Shown here: positions 54,870 through 64,000 of the stretch, piece by piece
Layout: each line of letters opens with the position of its first letter
Numbering within the stretch: the first letter of the stretch is position 1
Origin: Piscinibacter sp.
GTDB taxonomy: Bacteria; Pseudomonadota; Gammaproteobacteria; Burkholderiales; Burkholderiaceae_C
Assembly: GCA_047602365.1 (NCBI GenBank)
Contig: JASGHM010000002.1
Coordinates: 1,631,121 to 1,695,120 of the forward strand
DNA: 64,000 bases
Direction of reading: 5' to 3'
The notes under the pieces: generated by a model
Databases searched by the model: none
What the model was told of the DNA's origin: nothing
Seen by the model: the letters and a program-made list of their open reading frames with translations, nothing else
Translations under genes and position numbers: made by a program

Positions 54870-55694
54870 ATGCAGAACATCGTGTCGCCTCGCCCGGTCC
54901 GCTCGCAGTACGAAGACTTCATGCGCCATGTGCACACGCACGGCGTGGTGAAGGCGGACCGCACCGGCACCGGCACACGAAGCGTGTTCGGCCACCAGAT
55001 GCGCTTCGACCTGCGCGAGGGCTTCCCGCTGGTCACCACCAAGAAGGTGCACCTGAAGTCCATCATCCTCGAACTGCTGTGGTTCCTGCGCGGCGACTCG
55101 AACGCGCGCTGGCTGCAGGAGCGCGGCGTGACGATCTGGGACGAGTGGGCCCAGCCGGACGGTGACCTCGGTCCTGTCTACGGCGTGCAGTGGCGCTCGT
55201 GGCCGACACCCGACGGCGGCCACATCGACCAGATCGCCGAGGTGGTGCGGCAGCTCAAGACCAACCCGGATTCGCGGCGCATCATCGTCAGCGCCTGGAA
55301 CGTCGCCGAGCTGCCGAAGATGGCGCTGATGCCCTGCCACGCCTTCTTCCAGTTCTACGTCGCCGAGGGACGGCTCTCCTGCCAGCTCTACCAGCGCAGC
55401 GCCGACATCTTTCTCGGCGTGCCCTTCAACATCGCCAGCTACGCGTTGCTGACCCACATGCTCGCGCAGCAATGCGATCTCGAGGCCGGCGACTTCATCT
55501 GGACCGGCGGCGATTGCCACATCTACAGCAACCACGCCGAGCAGGTCGAGCTGCAGCTGTCGCGCACGCCGCACCCCTACCCGCTCCTGAACATCAAGCG
55601 CCGGCCGGCGTCGATCTTCGACTACGTGTACGAGGACTTCGAGGTGCTGGAGTACCAGCACCACGCACCGATCAAGGCGCCGGTGGCGGTCTGA
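54870..55694 (+). CDS. thyA: thymidylate synthase
   Basis: DRTGTGT, ELLWFL, MALMPCH and [17 protein letters not shown]. Confidence 0.97.
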   Translation: MQNIVSPRPVRSQYEDFMRHVHTHGVVKADRTGTGTRSVFGHQMRFDLREGFPLVTTKKVHLKSIILELLWFLRGDSNARWLQERGVTIWDEWAQPDGDLGPVYGVQWRSWPTPDGGHIDQIAEVVRQLKTNPDSRRIIVSAWNVAELPKMALMPCHAFFQFYVAEGRLSCQLYQRSADIFLGVPFNIASYALLTHMLAQQCDLEAGDFIWTGGDCHIYSNHAEQVELQLSRTPHPYPLLNIKRRPASIFDYVYEDFEVLEYQHHAPIKAPVAV

Positions 55695-55703
55695 GCGGCG
55701 CGC

Positions 55704-56732
55704 TCAGTCGCGCTTGAGCCAGAGGTCGGCAATCACCGGCCGGTGCGCCGAGGCCTGCGATCCGCCGACGAAGCACTGGTTCACGCCGATCTGCGCGCTG
55801 ACCATCACATGGTCGATGCGCAGGAACGAGAAGCGCGTGCGCAGCGAATGCCCGAAGCTGTAGCCATAGCCGAAGCCTGCGCTGGCGAAGCTGTCGCGCA
55901 GGCCGGCATCGCGCAGCCGCGCCAGCACCGGCGACGAATCCGGCGCGTTGAGGTCGCCCGCCAGCACCAGCGGGCGCGGGTGGGCCGTCAGGTCCTGGGC
56001 CAGGCGGTGCGACTGGATGGATCGCATCGCGAAGTTCTCCTGCCACTCGTCGAGCCCGCCCAGGCGCTCGTGCCGCGTCGCATTGAGACCCTCGCGCGGC
56101 GACAGCAGGTGGGCGTTGGCCAGGTCGAACTCGACACCGTGGGCGGTGATCGTGCACAGCACGTAGTGGTGGCCTTCGCCGGGGAAGGAGATGTCGCCGG
56201 AGCGGCAGTCGCGCATCGGGTGGCGGCTGGCGACCAGGTACTGGCCGGAGATGTGCACCTGGCGTTCGCCCAGCGCGGCCTTGAACGGCGCCGGCAGGTC
56301 CTCGGGCCGGTTGGCCAGCCCGGCGTCCTGCAGGGCCAGCACGTCCGGGTCGTGCAACGCGATCTCCCAGGCGATGCGCGCGTAGCCACCGGGCTTGTCG
56401 TCGGCCAGGTAGGCCTTGATGTTGAAGCTCATCACGCGCAGCGGCGCGTGCCCCTCGTCGCCATCGTGATGCAACTGCAGGTCCATCACGGCAACCAGCA
56501 CGACGAGCGTCGCACCCAGCGCCGCCAGGCGCCAGCGCCACGACAGCCGCAGCGACAGCACGAGTGCGAGCAGCGCCGGCGCCAGGTAGGCGGGGTACGG
56601 CAGGTAGCGCGCCAGTTCGATCCACCAGGTGGACTCGGTGCCGGCCACGAACGCCAGCCAGACGAGCAGAACCGCCAGCACGCACAGCGCGCTGACGGTC
56701 TTGACGACGGTGGTGGCGAGTGGTCGGGTCAC
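55704..56732 (-). CDS. membrane-anchored endonuclease/exonuclease/phosphatase family protein
   Basis: N-terminal TM helices; LRVMSFNI, PDVLALQD, LAGDLN, RIDHV and SAHRPV. Confidence 0.82.
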   Translation of the reverse strand: MTRPLATTVVKTVSALCVLAVLLVWLAFVAGTESTWWIELARYLPYPAYLAPALLALVLSLRLSWRWRLAALGATLVVLVAVMDLQLHHDGDEGHAPLRVMSFNIKAYLADDKPGGYARIAWEIALHDPDVLALQDAGLANRPEDLPAPFKAALGERQVHISGQYLVASRHPMRDCRSGDISFPGEGHHYVLCTITAHGVEFDLANAHLLSPREGLNATRHERLGGLDEWQENFAMRSIQSHRLAQDLTAHPRPLVLAGDLNAPDSSPVLARLRDAGLRDSFASAGFGYGYSFGHSLRTRFSFLRIDHVMVSAQIGVNQCFVGGSQASAHRPVIADLWLKRD

Positions 56733-56788
56733 GCGTGGTGCACGGCGGCCGGCGAGCCGATGCGCGGCCCGATCGCCGCAGGGTTGTG

Positions 56789-57159
56789 TGGTGGAGCTGG
56801 GGGGAATCGAACCCCCGTCCGCAAGCCATCGCTGGCCAGTTCTACATGCGTAGCTGTCTGATTTGAATCTCGCGGTTGAAGTCGCGCAGCAGCACGCTAC
56901 TTCACCCGCCAGTCACTAGATCTCGCGCCTAGCCGAGTGACCCGGCCGGGCGCCAGCCAATGTGTATGACCTCGCAGTCTTCAGGTTACCCCTCAGACCC
57001 AGCCCATCGGCCAACTGTTGCGAGGCTCACCGGTTTTAAGCGGCGAGGGCGTACGAAGAATCGTTCGCAGTTACTTTGTTTCCAGTGGATTTACGAGCGG
57101 ACTGGTGCTCGGCATGCCCTGAACCAACTCCGCACCCACGTCGAAGCCAGGTCAGCCCC
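56789..57159 (-). ncRNA. ssrA: transfer-messenger RNA (tag ANDSSYALAA)
   Basis: 5' GGGGCTGA...GGCTTCGAC; 3' GGTTCGATTCCCCCCAGCTCCACCA; tag reading frame 57068-57036; 371 nt. Confidence 0.96.
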
Positions 57160-57171
57160 AGAACGGGTAGT

Positions 57172-57837
57172 TTAGGCCAAGGCCAGCAGTTGCAAGAGCG
57201 CGGCCGGCGATTCGATGACGTGCTGAGCGCCCCAGGCCTCGATCGTTTCGCCTTCGCCCAGATAACCCCAGGCGGCGGCGACGGTGACCATGCCGGCGGC
57301 GCGGCCGGCCTGCACGTCGCGCAGGTCGTCGCCGACGTAGACACACTCGCCGGGCGCCACGCCGATGCGGCGCGCCGCCTCGAGCAGCGGCGCGGGGTGC
57401 GGCTTGGCGTGCGGCGTGGTGTCACCGCAGACCAGCGTTGCGGCCTGGTCGAGCAGGCCCAGCGCGCGCACCAGCGGCTCGGAGAAGCGGGTCGCCTTGT
57501 TGGTGACGATGCCCCAGGGCCGCCCTTCGCGCTGCAGCGCGTCCAGCACCGGCTGCATGGCCGCGAACACGCGCGTCTCGCGCGTCATGCGCGCCTCGTA
57601 GCGCTGCAGGAACTCGTCGCGCAGCGTCTCGAACTCGGCGTCGCCCGGCTGCACCTGCAGCGCCCGGCCTAGCATGCCGCGCGCCCCGGCGCCGACCATC
57701 GGCCGGAAGTGCGACAGCGGCAGCGGCGGCAGGCCGCGTGCGCAGCGCATGTCGTTGCCCGCGCCGGCGAGGTCGGGCGCGCTGTCGATCAGCGTGCCGT
57801 CGAGGTCGAACAGCACTGCGCGCACGGCCAGCGTCAT
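57172..57837 (-). CDS. gph: phosphoglycolate phosphatase-like HAD hydrolase
   Basis: FDLDGTL, TNK, KPHP and VGDD; ubiG-gph synteny. Confidence 0.88.
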   Translation of the reverse strand: MTLAVRAVLFDLDGTLIDSAPDLAGAGNDMRCARGLPPLPLSHFRPMVGAGARGMLGRALQVQPGDAEFETLRDEFLQRYEARMTRETRVFAAMQPVLDALQREGRPWGIVTNKATRFSEPLVRALGLLDQAATLVCGDTTPHAKPHPAPLLEAARRIGVAPGECVYVGDDLRDVQAGRAAGMVTVAAAWGYLGEGETIEAWGAQHVIESPAALLQLLALA

Positions 57838-58544
57838 GCCGGCTTCCTGCACGCGATCATGTAGTTGACGCTGGTGTCGGCCGACAGCCAGTAGCGGCGC
57901 GTGAGCGGGTTGTATTCGAGGCCGCGCATGCCCTGCGGGTCGAGCCCGGAGGCACGCGCCCAGCCGGTCAGCTCGCTGGGGCGGATGAAGCGGGCGTACT
58001 CGTGGGTGCCCTTGGGCAGCAGCTGCAGCACATGCTCGGCACCGACGATCGCGAACAGGAAGGCCTTCGCGTTGCGGTTGATCGTCGAGAAGAACACCCA
58101 ACCGCCCGGTTTGACCAGCGTCGTGCAGGCCTGCACGATCGACGACGGGTCGGGCACATGCTCCAGCATCTCCATGCAGGTGACCACGTCGAAGGCCGCC
58201 GGCGACTCGGCCGCCAGCGCCTCGGCCGCCACCTCGCGGTAGCTGATCGACGGCGTGCCGGCTTCCATGGCGTGCAGCTGGGCGACCTTCAGCGGCTTGC
58301 TGGCCAGGTCGATGCCCAGCACGCTGGCACCGCGCCGCGCCATCGCGTCGGACAGGATGCCACCGCCGCAGCCGACGTCGAGCACACGCTTGCCGGCCAG
58401 TGGCACGTGGCCGGCGATCCAGTCCAGGCGCAGCGGGTTGATCTGGTGAAGCGGCCGGAACTCGCTTTCCGGGTCCCACCAGCGGTGGGCCAGTTCGCTG
58501 AACTTGGCGAGTTCCTGTGGATCGGCGTTGAGCGTCGAGGTCAT
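57834..58544 (-). CDS. ubiG: ubiquinone biosynthesis O-methyltransferase
   Basis: [23 protein letters not shown] and [11 protein letters not shown]. Confidence 0.96.
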   Translation of the reverse strand: MTSTLNADPQELAKFSELAHRWWDPESEFRPLHQINPLRLDWIAGHVPLAGKRVLDVGCGGGILSDAMARRGASVLGIDLASKPLKVAQLHAMEAGTPSISYREVAAEALAAESPAAFDVVTCMEMLEHVPDPSSIVQACTTLVKPGGWVFFSTINRNAKAFLFAIVGAEHVLQLLPKGTHEYARFIRPSELTGWARASGLDPQGMRGLEYNPLTRRYWLSADTSVNYMIACRKPA

Positions 58545-58585
58545 GGCTGAATCGTAGCGAAGCGCGAGGCCTGTTCCAGAAACGG

Positions 58586-58638
58586 AAAACCCCGCCGAGG
58601 CGGGGTTCCGGGAACCGAAACCCGCCGCGAGGCGGGTT
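58586..58638 (-). terminator. tandem intrinsic terminators after ompA
   Basis: Two GC hairpins, AACCCCGCC-GA-GGCGGGGTT and AACCCGCC-GCGA-GGCGGGTT, each preceded by an A-run (U-tail on the minus strand). Confidence 0.8.
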
Positions 58639-58657
58639 CGTCAGAAGGATCCGAGGA

Positions 58658-59329
58658 TCACTTCTTGGTGCGCGTACCGACGACCTCGATCTCGACGCGG
58701 CGGTTCTTCGCCTTGCCTTCCTTGGTCTTGTTGTCGGCGACGGGCTGCTTCTCGCCCTTGCCTTCGGTGTAGACGCGGTTCTTCTCGACGCCCTTGCCGG
58801 TCAGGTAGTCCTTGACGGCATCGGCGCGGCGCACCGACAGCTTCTGGTTGTAGGCGTCGGAGCCGTCGCTGTCGGTGTGGCCGACGGCGATGATGACTTC
58901 GAGGTTGATGCCGGCCATCTTGCTGACCAGATCGTCCAGCTTCGCCTTGCCTTCGGGCTTCAGCACGGCCTTGTCGGTATCGAAGAACGCGTCAGCGGCG
59001 AAGGTCACCTTCTCGCTGACCGGGGCCGGCGGCGGGGCCGGGGGAGCCGGCGGGGGCGGCGGGGGAGCGGCCGGGGCCGGGGCCGGAGCCGGGGCGGGAG
59101 CCGGCGGCGGGGGCGGCGGAGCCTTCTTCGGAGCGCCGTCGCACTCTTCCTTGGCGGTGGCGGGGGTCCAGTTGGTGTCGCGCCAGCACAGTTCGTTGGT
59201 GCCGTTCTTCCACACGTTGCCGTTGCTGTCGACCCAGTTGTCGACCACGGTCTGGGCGGAAACGCCCGAGGCCGCAGCAGCCAGGGCGGCCGTTGCGAAG
59301 AGCGATGCCACCGTGTTCAGTTTCTTCAT
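58658..59329 (-). CDS. ompA: OmpA family protein (betaproteobacterial type)
   Basis: Signal peptide; CWR...C domain, Pro/Ala linker, GHTDS, LSVRRADAV and NRRVEIE; ubiG-ompA-gyrA synteny. Confidence 0.9.
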   Translation of the reverse strand: MKKLNTVASLFATAALAAAASGVSAQTVVDNWVDSNGNVWKNGTNELCWRDTNWTPATAKEECDGAPKKAPPPPPPAPAPAPAPAPAAPPPPPPAPPAPPPAPVSEKVTFAADAFFDTDKAVLKPEGKAKLDDLVSKMAGINLEVIIAVGHTDSDGSDAYNQKLSVRRADAVKDYLTGKGVEKNRVYTEGKGEKQPVADNKTKEGKAKNRRVEIEVVGTRTKK

Positions 59330-59609
59330 GATTCTCCTCTCGAGGGAATTAGCAGTTGGTCTGCAATGACGTCCGACCCGGGTTCGGATGGTGCTGGTAA
59401 ACCCCCGGTTACCGGGCGCTGACCACCGACGGCGGATTGTGCCATAGCGGTTTTGCCAGACGGGATTTTGGGCCGCACCCCGGCACTCGTCCGGAGCAAT
59501 GTTGCTCTGGTACTACAAGCGGCGGCACTTAGAATCAAAGGTTTCGCGCGCTGTCCGCATGGCAGCGCTGCGCCTTGCGTCTCACCGAGCCCGCTCTCGC
59601 GCCCACCGC

Positions 59610-62234
59610 ATGACCCAGTTCGCCAAGGAAACCCTGCCTGTCAGCCTCGAAGAGGAGATGCGCCGCTCCTACCTCGACTACGCGATGAGCGTGATCGTGG
59701 GACGCGCCCTCCCCGACGCGCGCGACGGCCTGAAGCCGGTGCACCGCCGCGTGCTCTACGCGATGTCGGAGCTGAACAACGACTGGAACCGCCCGTACAA
59801 GAAGAGTGCGCGCATCGTCGGCGACGTGATCGGCAAGTACCACCCGCACGGCGACCAGTCGGTCTACGACACCATCGTGCGCATGGCGCAGGACTTCTCG
59901 CTGCGCCACATGCTGGTCGACGGCCAGGGCAACTTCGGCTCGATCGACGGCGACAACGCCGCGGCGATGCGCTACACCGAGATCCGCCTGCACAAGATCG
60001 CCCACGAGATGCTGGCCGATCTGGAGAAGGAGACGGTCGACTTCGGCCCCAACTACGACGGTTCCGAGAAGGAACCGCTGGTGCTGCCGACGCGGCTGCC
60101 CAACCTGCTGGTCAACGGCTCGGGCGGCATCGCGGTGGGTATGGCCACCAACATCCCGCCGCACAACCTCAACGAGGTGGTCGACGCCTGCCACCACCTG
60201 CTGAAGAACCCGGGTGCCAGCATCGACGAGCTGATGGAGATCATCCCGGCGCCCGACTTCCCGACCGCCGGGATCATCTACGGCCTGAACGGCGTGCGCG
60301 AGGGCTACCGCACCGGCCGCGGCAAGGTGGTGATGCGCGCCAAGTGCCACTTCGAGGACATCGACCGTGGCCAGCGCCAGGCGATCATCGTCGACGAGAT
60401 TCCCTACCAGGTGAACAAGAAGAACCTGCTCGAGCGCATCGCCGAGCTGGTTCACGAGAAGAAGATCGAGGGCATCAGCCACATCCAGGACGAGTCCGAC
60501 AAGTCCGGCATGCGCGTGGTCATCGAGCTCAAGCGCGGCGAAGTGCCCGAGGTGGTGCTGAACAACCTGTACAAGCAGACGCAGCTGCAGGACACGTTCG
60601 GCATGAACATGGTGGCGCTGATCGACAACCAGCCCAAGCTCTGCAACCTCAAGGACCTGATCGAGATCTTCCTCGAGCACCGCCGCGAGGTGGTGACGCG
60701 GCGCACGGTGTTCGAGCTGCGCAAGGCGCGCGAGCGCGGCCACGTGCTGGAAGGCCTGGCGGTCGCGCTGGCCAACATCGACGAGTTCATCGAGACGATC
60801 AAGAACTCACCGACGCCGCCGGTGGCCAAGACGGCGCTGATGAGCAAGAGCTGGGATTCGTCGATGGTGCGCGAGATGCTGTCGCGCGTCGAAGGCAACC
60901 GCGACGCCTACCGCCCCGAGGGCCTGCCGCGCCAGTACGGCCTGCAGGCCGACGGGCTGTACCGGCTGTCCGAGGACCAGGCCGGCGAGATCCTGCAGAT
61001 GCGCCTGCAGCGCCTGACCGGCCTGGAGCAGGACAAGATCATCGGCGAGTACAAGGACGTGATGGCGCAGATCGCCGATCTGCTCGACATCCTCGCGCGC
61101 CCGGAGCGTGTGACGACGATCATCTCGGACGAGCTGACCGCGATCAAGCTGGAGTTCGGCCAGACCAAGATCGGTGCGCGCCGCAGCGTGATCGAGCACA
61201 ACGCGCAGGACCTCGGCACCGAGGACCTGATCACGCCCACCGACATGGTGGTGACGCTCTCGCACACCGGCTACATCAAGAGCCAGCCGCTGGCCGAGTA
61301 CCGCGCGCAGAAGCGCGGCGGCCGCGGCAAGCAGGCGACGGCGACCAAGGAAGACGACTGGATCGACCAGCTCTTCATCGCCAACACGCACGACTACATC
61401 CTCTGCTTCACGACGCGCGGCCGCGTCTACTGGCTGAAGGTGTGGGAGGTGCCGCAGGGCTCGCGCAACTCGCGCGGCAAGCCGATCGTCAACATGTTCC
61501 CGCTGCAGCCCGGCGAGAAGGTCAACGTGGTGCTGCCGCTGACCAACGGCTTCCGCAGCTTCCCGGCCGACCACTACATCTTCATGGCCACCGCGCAGGG
61601 CGTGGTCAAGAAGACCTCGCTGGACGAGTTCAGCAACCCGCGCAAGGCCGGCATCATCGCCGTCGACCTCGACGAGGGCGACTTCCTGATCGGCGCGGCG
61701 CTGACCGACGGCAAGCACGACGTGATGCTGTTCAGCGACGGCGGCAAGGCGGTGCGCTTCGACGAGGACGACGTGCGCGCGATGGGCCGCGCCGCCCGCG
61801 GCGTGAAGGGCATGCAGCTGGAAGACGGGCAGAGCGTGATCGCGATGCTGGTCGCCGAGGACGAGACGCAGAGCGTGCTGACGGCCACCGAGAACGGCTT
61901 CGGCAAGCGCACCTCGATCGTCGAGTACACCCGCCACGGCCGCGGCACCAAGGGCATGATCGCGATCCAGCAGAGCGAGCGCAACGGCAAGGTCGTCGCC
62001 GCCACGCTGGTGCGTGCCGACGACGAGATCATGCTGATCACCGACACCGGCGTGCTGGTGCGCACGCGTGTCTCCGAGATCCGCGAACTCGGCCGCGCGA
62101 CGCAGGGCGTCACGCTGATCGCGCTGGACGAAGGTGCCAAGCTGATCGGGCTGCAGCGCATCGTCGAGAACGACGCCAACGACGCCGGCAACGACACCGC
62201 CGGCGACACACCGACCCACGGAGAGGAATCCTGA
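59610..62234 (+). CDS. gyrA: DNA gyrase subunit A
   Basis: [24 protein letters not shown] and GyrA-box QKRGGRG. Confidence 0.97.
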   Translation: MTQFAKETLPVSLEEEMRRSYLDYAMSVIVGRALPDARDGLKPVHRRVLYAMSELNNDWNRPYKKSARIVGDVIGKYHPHGDQSVYDTIVRMAQDFSLRHMLVDGQGNFGSIDGDNAAAMRYTEIRLHKIAHEMLADLEKETVDFGPNYDGSEKEPLVLPTRLPNLLVNGSGGIAVGMATNIPPHNLNEVVDACHHLLKNPGASIDELMEIIPAPDFPTAGIIYGLNGVREGYRTGRGKVVMRAKCHFEDIDRGQRQAIIVDEIPYQVNKKNLLERIAELVHEKKIEGISHIQDESDKSGMRVVIELKRGEVPEVVLNNLYKQTQLQDTFGMNMVALIDNQPKLCNLKDLIEIFLEHRREVVTRRTVFELRKARERGHVLEGLAVALANIDEFIETIKNSPTPPVAKTALMSKSWDSSMVREMLSRVEGNRDAYRPEGLPRQYGLQADGLYRLSEDQAGEILQMRLQRLTGLEQDKIIGEYKDVMAQIADLLDILARPERVTTIISDELTAIKLEFGQTKIGARRSVIEHNAQDLGTEDLITPTDMVVTLSHTGYIKSQPLAEYRAQKRGGRGKQATATKEDDWIDQLFIANTHDYILCFTTRGRVYWLKVWEVPQGSRNSRGKPIVNMFPLQPGEKVNVVLPLTNGFRSFPADHYIFMATAQGVVKKTSLDEFSNPRKAGIIAVDLDEGDFLIGAALTDGKHDVMLFSDGGKAVRFDEDDVRAMGRAARGVKGMQLEDGQSVIAMLVAEDETQSVLTATENGFGKRTSIVEYTRHGRGTKGMIAIQQSERNGKVVAATLVRADDEIMLITDTGVLVRTRVSEIRELGRATQGVTLIALDEGAKLIGLQRIVENDANDAGNDTAGDTPTHGEES

Positions 62235-62812
62235 TGCGCGCACTGATCGTCCTGGCGCTGGTCACCGGCGCCACGCTGGCGCATGCCCAGTCGCCGAGCA
62301 AGAAGGAACTGGTCGCCAAGCTGCTGCAGCTGCAGCAGTCCAACATCGAAGGTCTGGCGCGCACCATCGTCGAACGCCCGGCCGTGCAGATGATGCAGGC
62401 GGCCGCAGCGACGCTGCAGGCGCAGGTGCCGCCGGCACGCCGCGAGGCGGCGGCCAAGACCATCGATACCGACATCCGCAAGTTCGTCGACGAGGCCACG
62501 CCGCTGCTCGCCGAGCGCGCGGTGAAGATCGCGCCGGCCAGCTACGGCGCGCAGATGGAGGAGAAGTTCAGCGAGGACGAGCTGAAGCAGCTGATCGCCT
62601 GGCTCGAATCGCCGGTCAACAAGAAGTTCCAGCAGCAGCTGCCCGAGCTGCAGAACGCCTTCACGCAGAAGCTGGTCGCCGAGGCCGGCCCGCTGCTCGA
62701 CGGCAAGCTGTCGGCGCTGCAGCGCAAGGTGCAGGCGACGCTCGCGCCGCCGGCAGGAGACGCCGCCACGGCGCCGGCCGCCAAGCCGCCGGCGCGTGCC
62801 GCGTCGAAGTGA
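62234..62812 (+). CDS. secreted helical protein (DUF2059-like)
   Basis: Signal peptide ending AHA; FSEDELKQLIAWLESPVNKKF; GAGGA RBS; overlaps gyrA stop. Confidence 0.72.
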   Translation: MRALIVLALVTGATLAHAQSPSKKELVAKLLQLQQSNIEGLARTIVERPAVQMMQAAAATLQAQVPPARREAAAKTIDTDIRKFVDEATPLLAERAVKIAPASYGAQMEEKFSEDELKQLIAWLESPVNKKFQQQLPELQNAFTQKLVAEAGPLLDGKLSALQRKVQATLAPPAGDAATAPAAKPPARAASK

Positions 62813-62859
62813 CGACTGCCGGAGACCCGGGCAAGTGATGCGACAATTTCTGTCACACC

Positions 62860-63966
62860 ATGGCTGACGCTTCTTCCGCGCCCCACCCCGATCTGTCTGC
62901 GCTGCGCACCCAGATCGACGGGCTCGACCGCGAGTTGCTCGCGCTGCTGAACCGGCGCGCGTCGCTGGCTTCGGCGGTCGGCGAGCTGAAGAAGAAGGAA
63001 GGCTCGGTCGTGTTCCGCCCCGAGCGCGAAGCGCAGGTGATCGACGGCCTGAAGAGCGTCAACCCCGGCCCGCTGAAGTCGGAAAGCGTGGCGCCGATCT
63101 GGCGCGAGATCATGTCGGCCTGCCGGGCGCTCGAGACGCCCACCCGCGTGGCCTACCTCGGCCCCGCCGGCACCTTCAGCGAGGAGGCGGCGCTGGGCTT
63201 CTTCGGTTCGTCGATCGTCAAGGTGCCCTGCGCCAACTTCGACGAGGTGCTGCACAACACGGTGGCCGGTTCGGCCGACTTCGGCGTCGTGCCGGTCGAG
63301 AACTCGACCGAAGGCGTGGTGACACGCTCGCTCGACCTGTTCCTGACCACGCCGCTGTTCATCATCGGCGAAACCAGCCTGCTGGTGCGCCACAACCTGC
63401 TGCGTCGCGAGAACTCGCTCGACGGCGTGACCGCGGTGTGCGCCCATCCGCAGGCGCTGGCGCAATGCCACGGCTGGCTGTCGCTGCACCTGGCCCACGC
63501 CGAGCGTCGCCCGGTGGCGAGCAACGCCGAAGGTGCGCGCCTGGCCGCTGCCGATGGCTCGATCGCGGCGATCGCCAGCGAGCGCGCCGGCAGCCAGTTC
63601 GGCCTGCACGTCGTCTCGCCGGCGATCCAGGACGAGGCGCACAACCGCACGCGCTTCGCGATCCTCGCCCACCCCGACCGCCATCCGCGGCCGTCGGCCT
63701 CGGGCCACGACTGCACCAGCCTGGTGGTCTCGGTGCCGAACCGGCCGGGCGCGGTGCACGACATGCTGACGCCGCTGAAGAAGCACGGCGTCTCGATGAC
63801 CCGCATCGAATCCCGCCCGGCACGCTCCGGCCAGTGGGAGTACTACTTCTACATCGACCTGCAGGGCCATCCCGACCAGCCGCAGGTGGCGGCAGCGCTG
63901 CAGGAACTTCGTGCCGTCTGCGCGTTCTTCAAAGTCCTGGGGACCTACCCCATCGACGTTCACTGA
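62860..63966 (+). CDS. pheA: chorismate mutase/prephenate dehydratase
   Basis: LRTQIDGLD, YLGPAGTFS, PVENSTEG, NRTRF and IESRP. Confidence 0.96.
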   Translation: MADASSAPHPDLSALRTQIDGLDRELLALLNRRASLASAVGELKKKEGSVVFRPEREAQVIDGLKSVNPGPLKSESVAPIWREIMSACRALETPTRVAYLGPAGTFSEEAALGFFGSSIVKVPCANFDEVLHNTVAGSADFGVVPVENSTEGVVTRSLDLFLTTPLFIIGETSLLVRHNLLRRENSLDGVTAVCAHPQALAQCHGWLSLHLAHAERRPVASNAEGARLAAADGSIAAIASERAGSQFGLHVVSPAIQDEAHNRTRFAILAHPDRHPRPSASGHDCTSLVVSVPNRPGAVHDMLTPLKKHGVSMTRIESRPARSGQWEYYFYIDLQGHPDQPQVAAALQELRAVCAFFKVLGTYPIDVH

Positions 63967-63972
63967 TTCCAG

Positions 63973-64000
63973 ATGTTCAACCAGCTCGGCGTCATCGGTT
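63973..64000 (+). CDS. probable prephenate dehydrogenase, N-terminal fragment
   Basis: MFNQLGVIG Rossmann-like start immediately after pheA; only 9 codons visible. Confidence 0.55.

Noticed and set aside
56789-56830. tRNA gene
   Set aside because: The T-arm/acceptor/CCA sequence is the 3' tRNA-like domain of tmRNA.
59020-59125. GC-rich short tandem repeats in ompA (similar tracts in the kinase, mutL and the Psi synthase)
   Set aside because: They encode ordinary Pro/Ala linkers and are degenerate at the DNA level.

Overview
A high-GC betaproteobacterial (Burkholderiales-like, judged from gene order and tmRNA type) chromosomal segment of mostly core genes: ribB/ribH/nusB, ybgC-tolQRA, acs, nhaA, class I fumarase, xerD, queG-tsaE-amiC, mutL, miaA, emrRAB-type efflux, thyA, ssrA (tmRNA), gph-ubiG-ompA-gyrA and pheA-tyrA. 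Small accessory modules are interleaved among them. I found no prophage, IS transposase or CRISPR array. The best candidates for undescribed biology are: (1) an orphan oxygen-binding di-iron (ODP-like) gene behind a well-spaced FNR-type box, plus a stand-alone receiver gene behind a sigma-28-type promoter, both lying between the ATPase and permease genes of an uncharacterised AttE/FG/H-like ABC system; (2) a PA2779-like secreted protein with a Gly-Ala site and a hydrophobic 33-aa tail next to a C39-type peptidase lipoprotein; (3) a membrane Ser/Thr kinase plus TPR-like lipoprotein directly upstream of tolQRA, with no tolB-pal in the window; (4) a nested inverted-repeat intergenic element with compensatory base changes. 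Five genes carry +1 insertions (six events in total), most likely sequencing errors. Family assignments come from motifs recognised by eye; no database searches were run.
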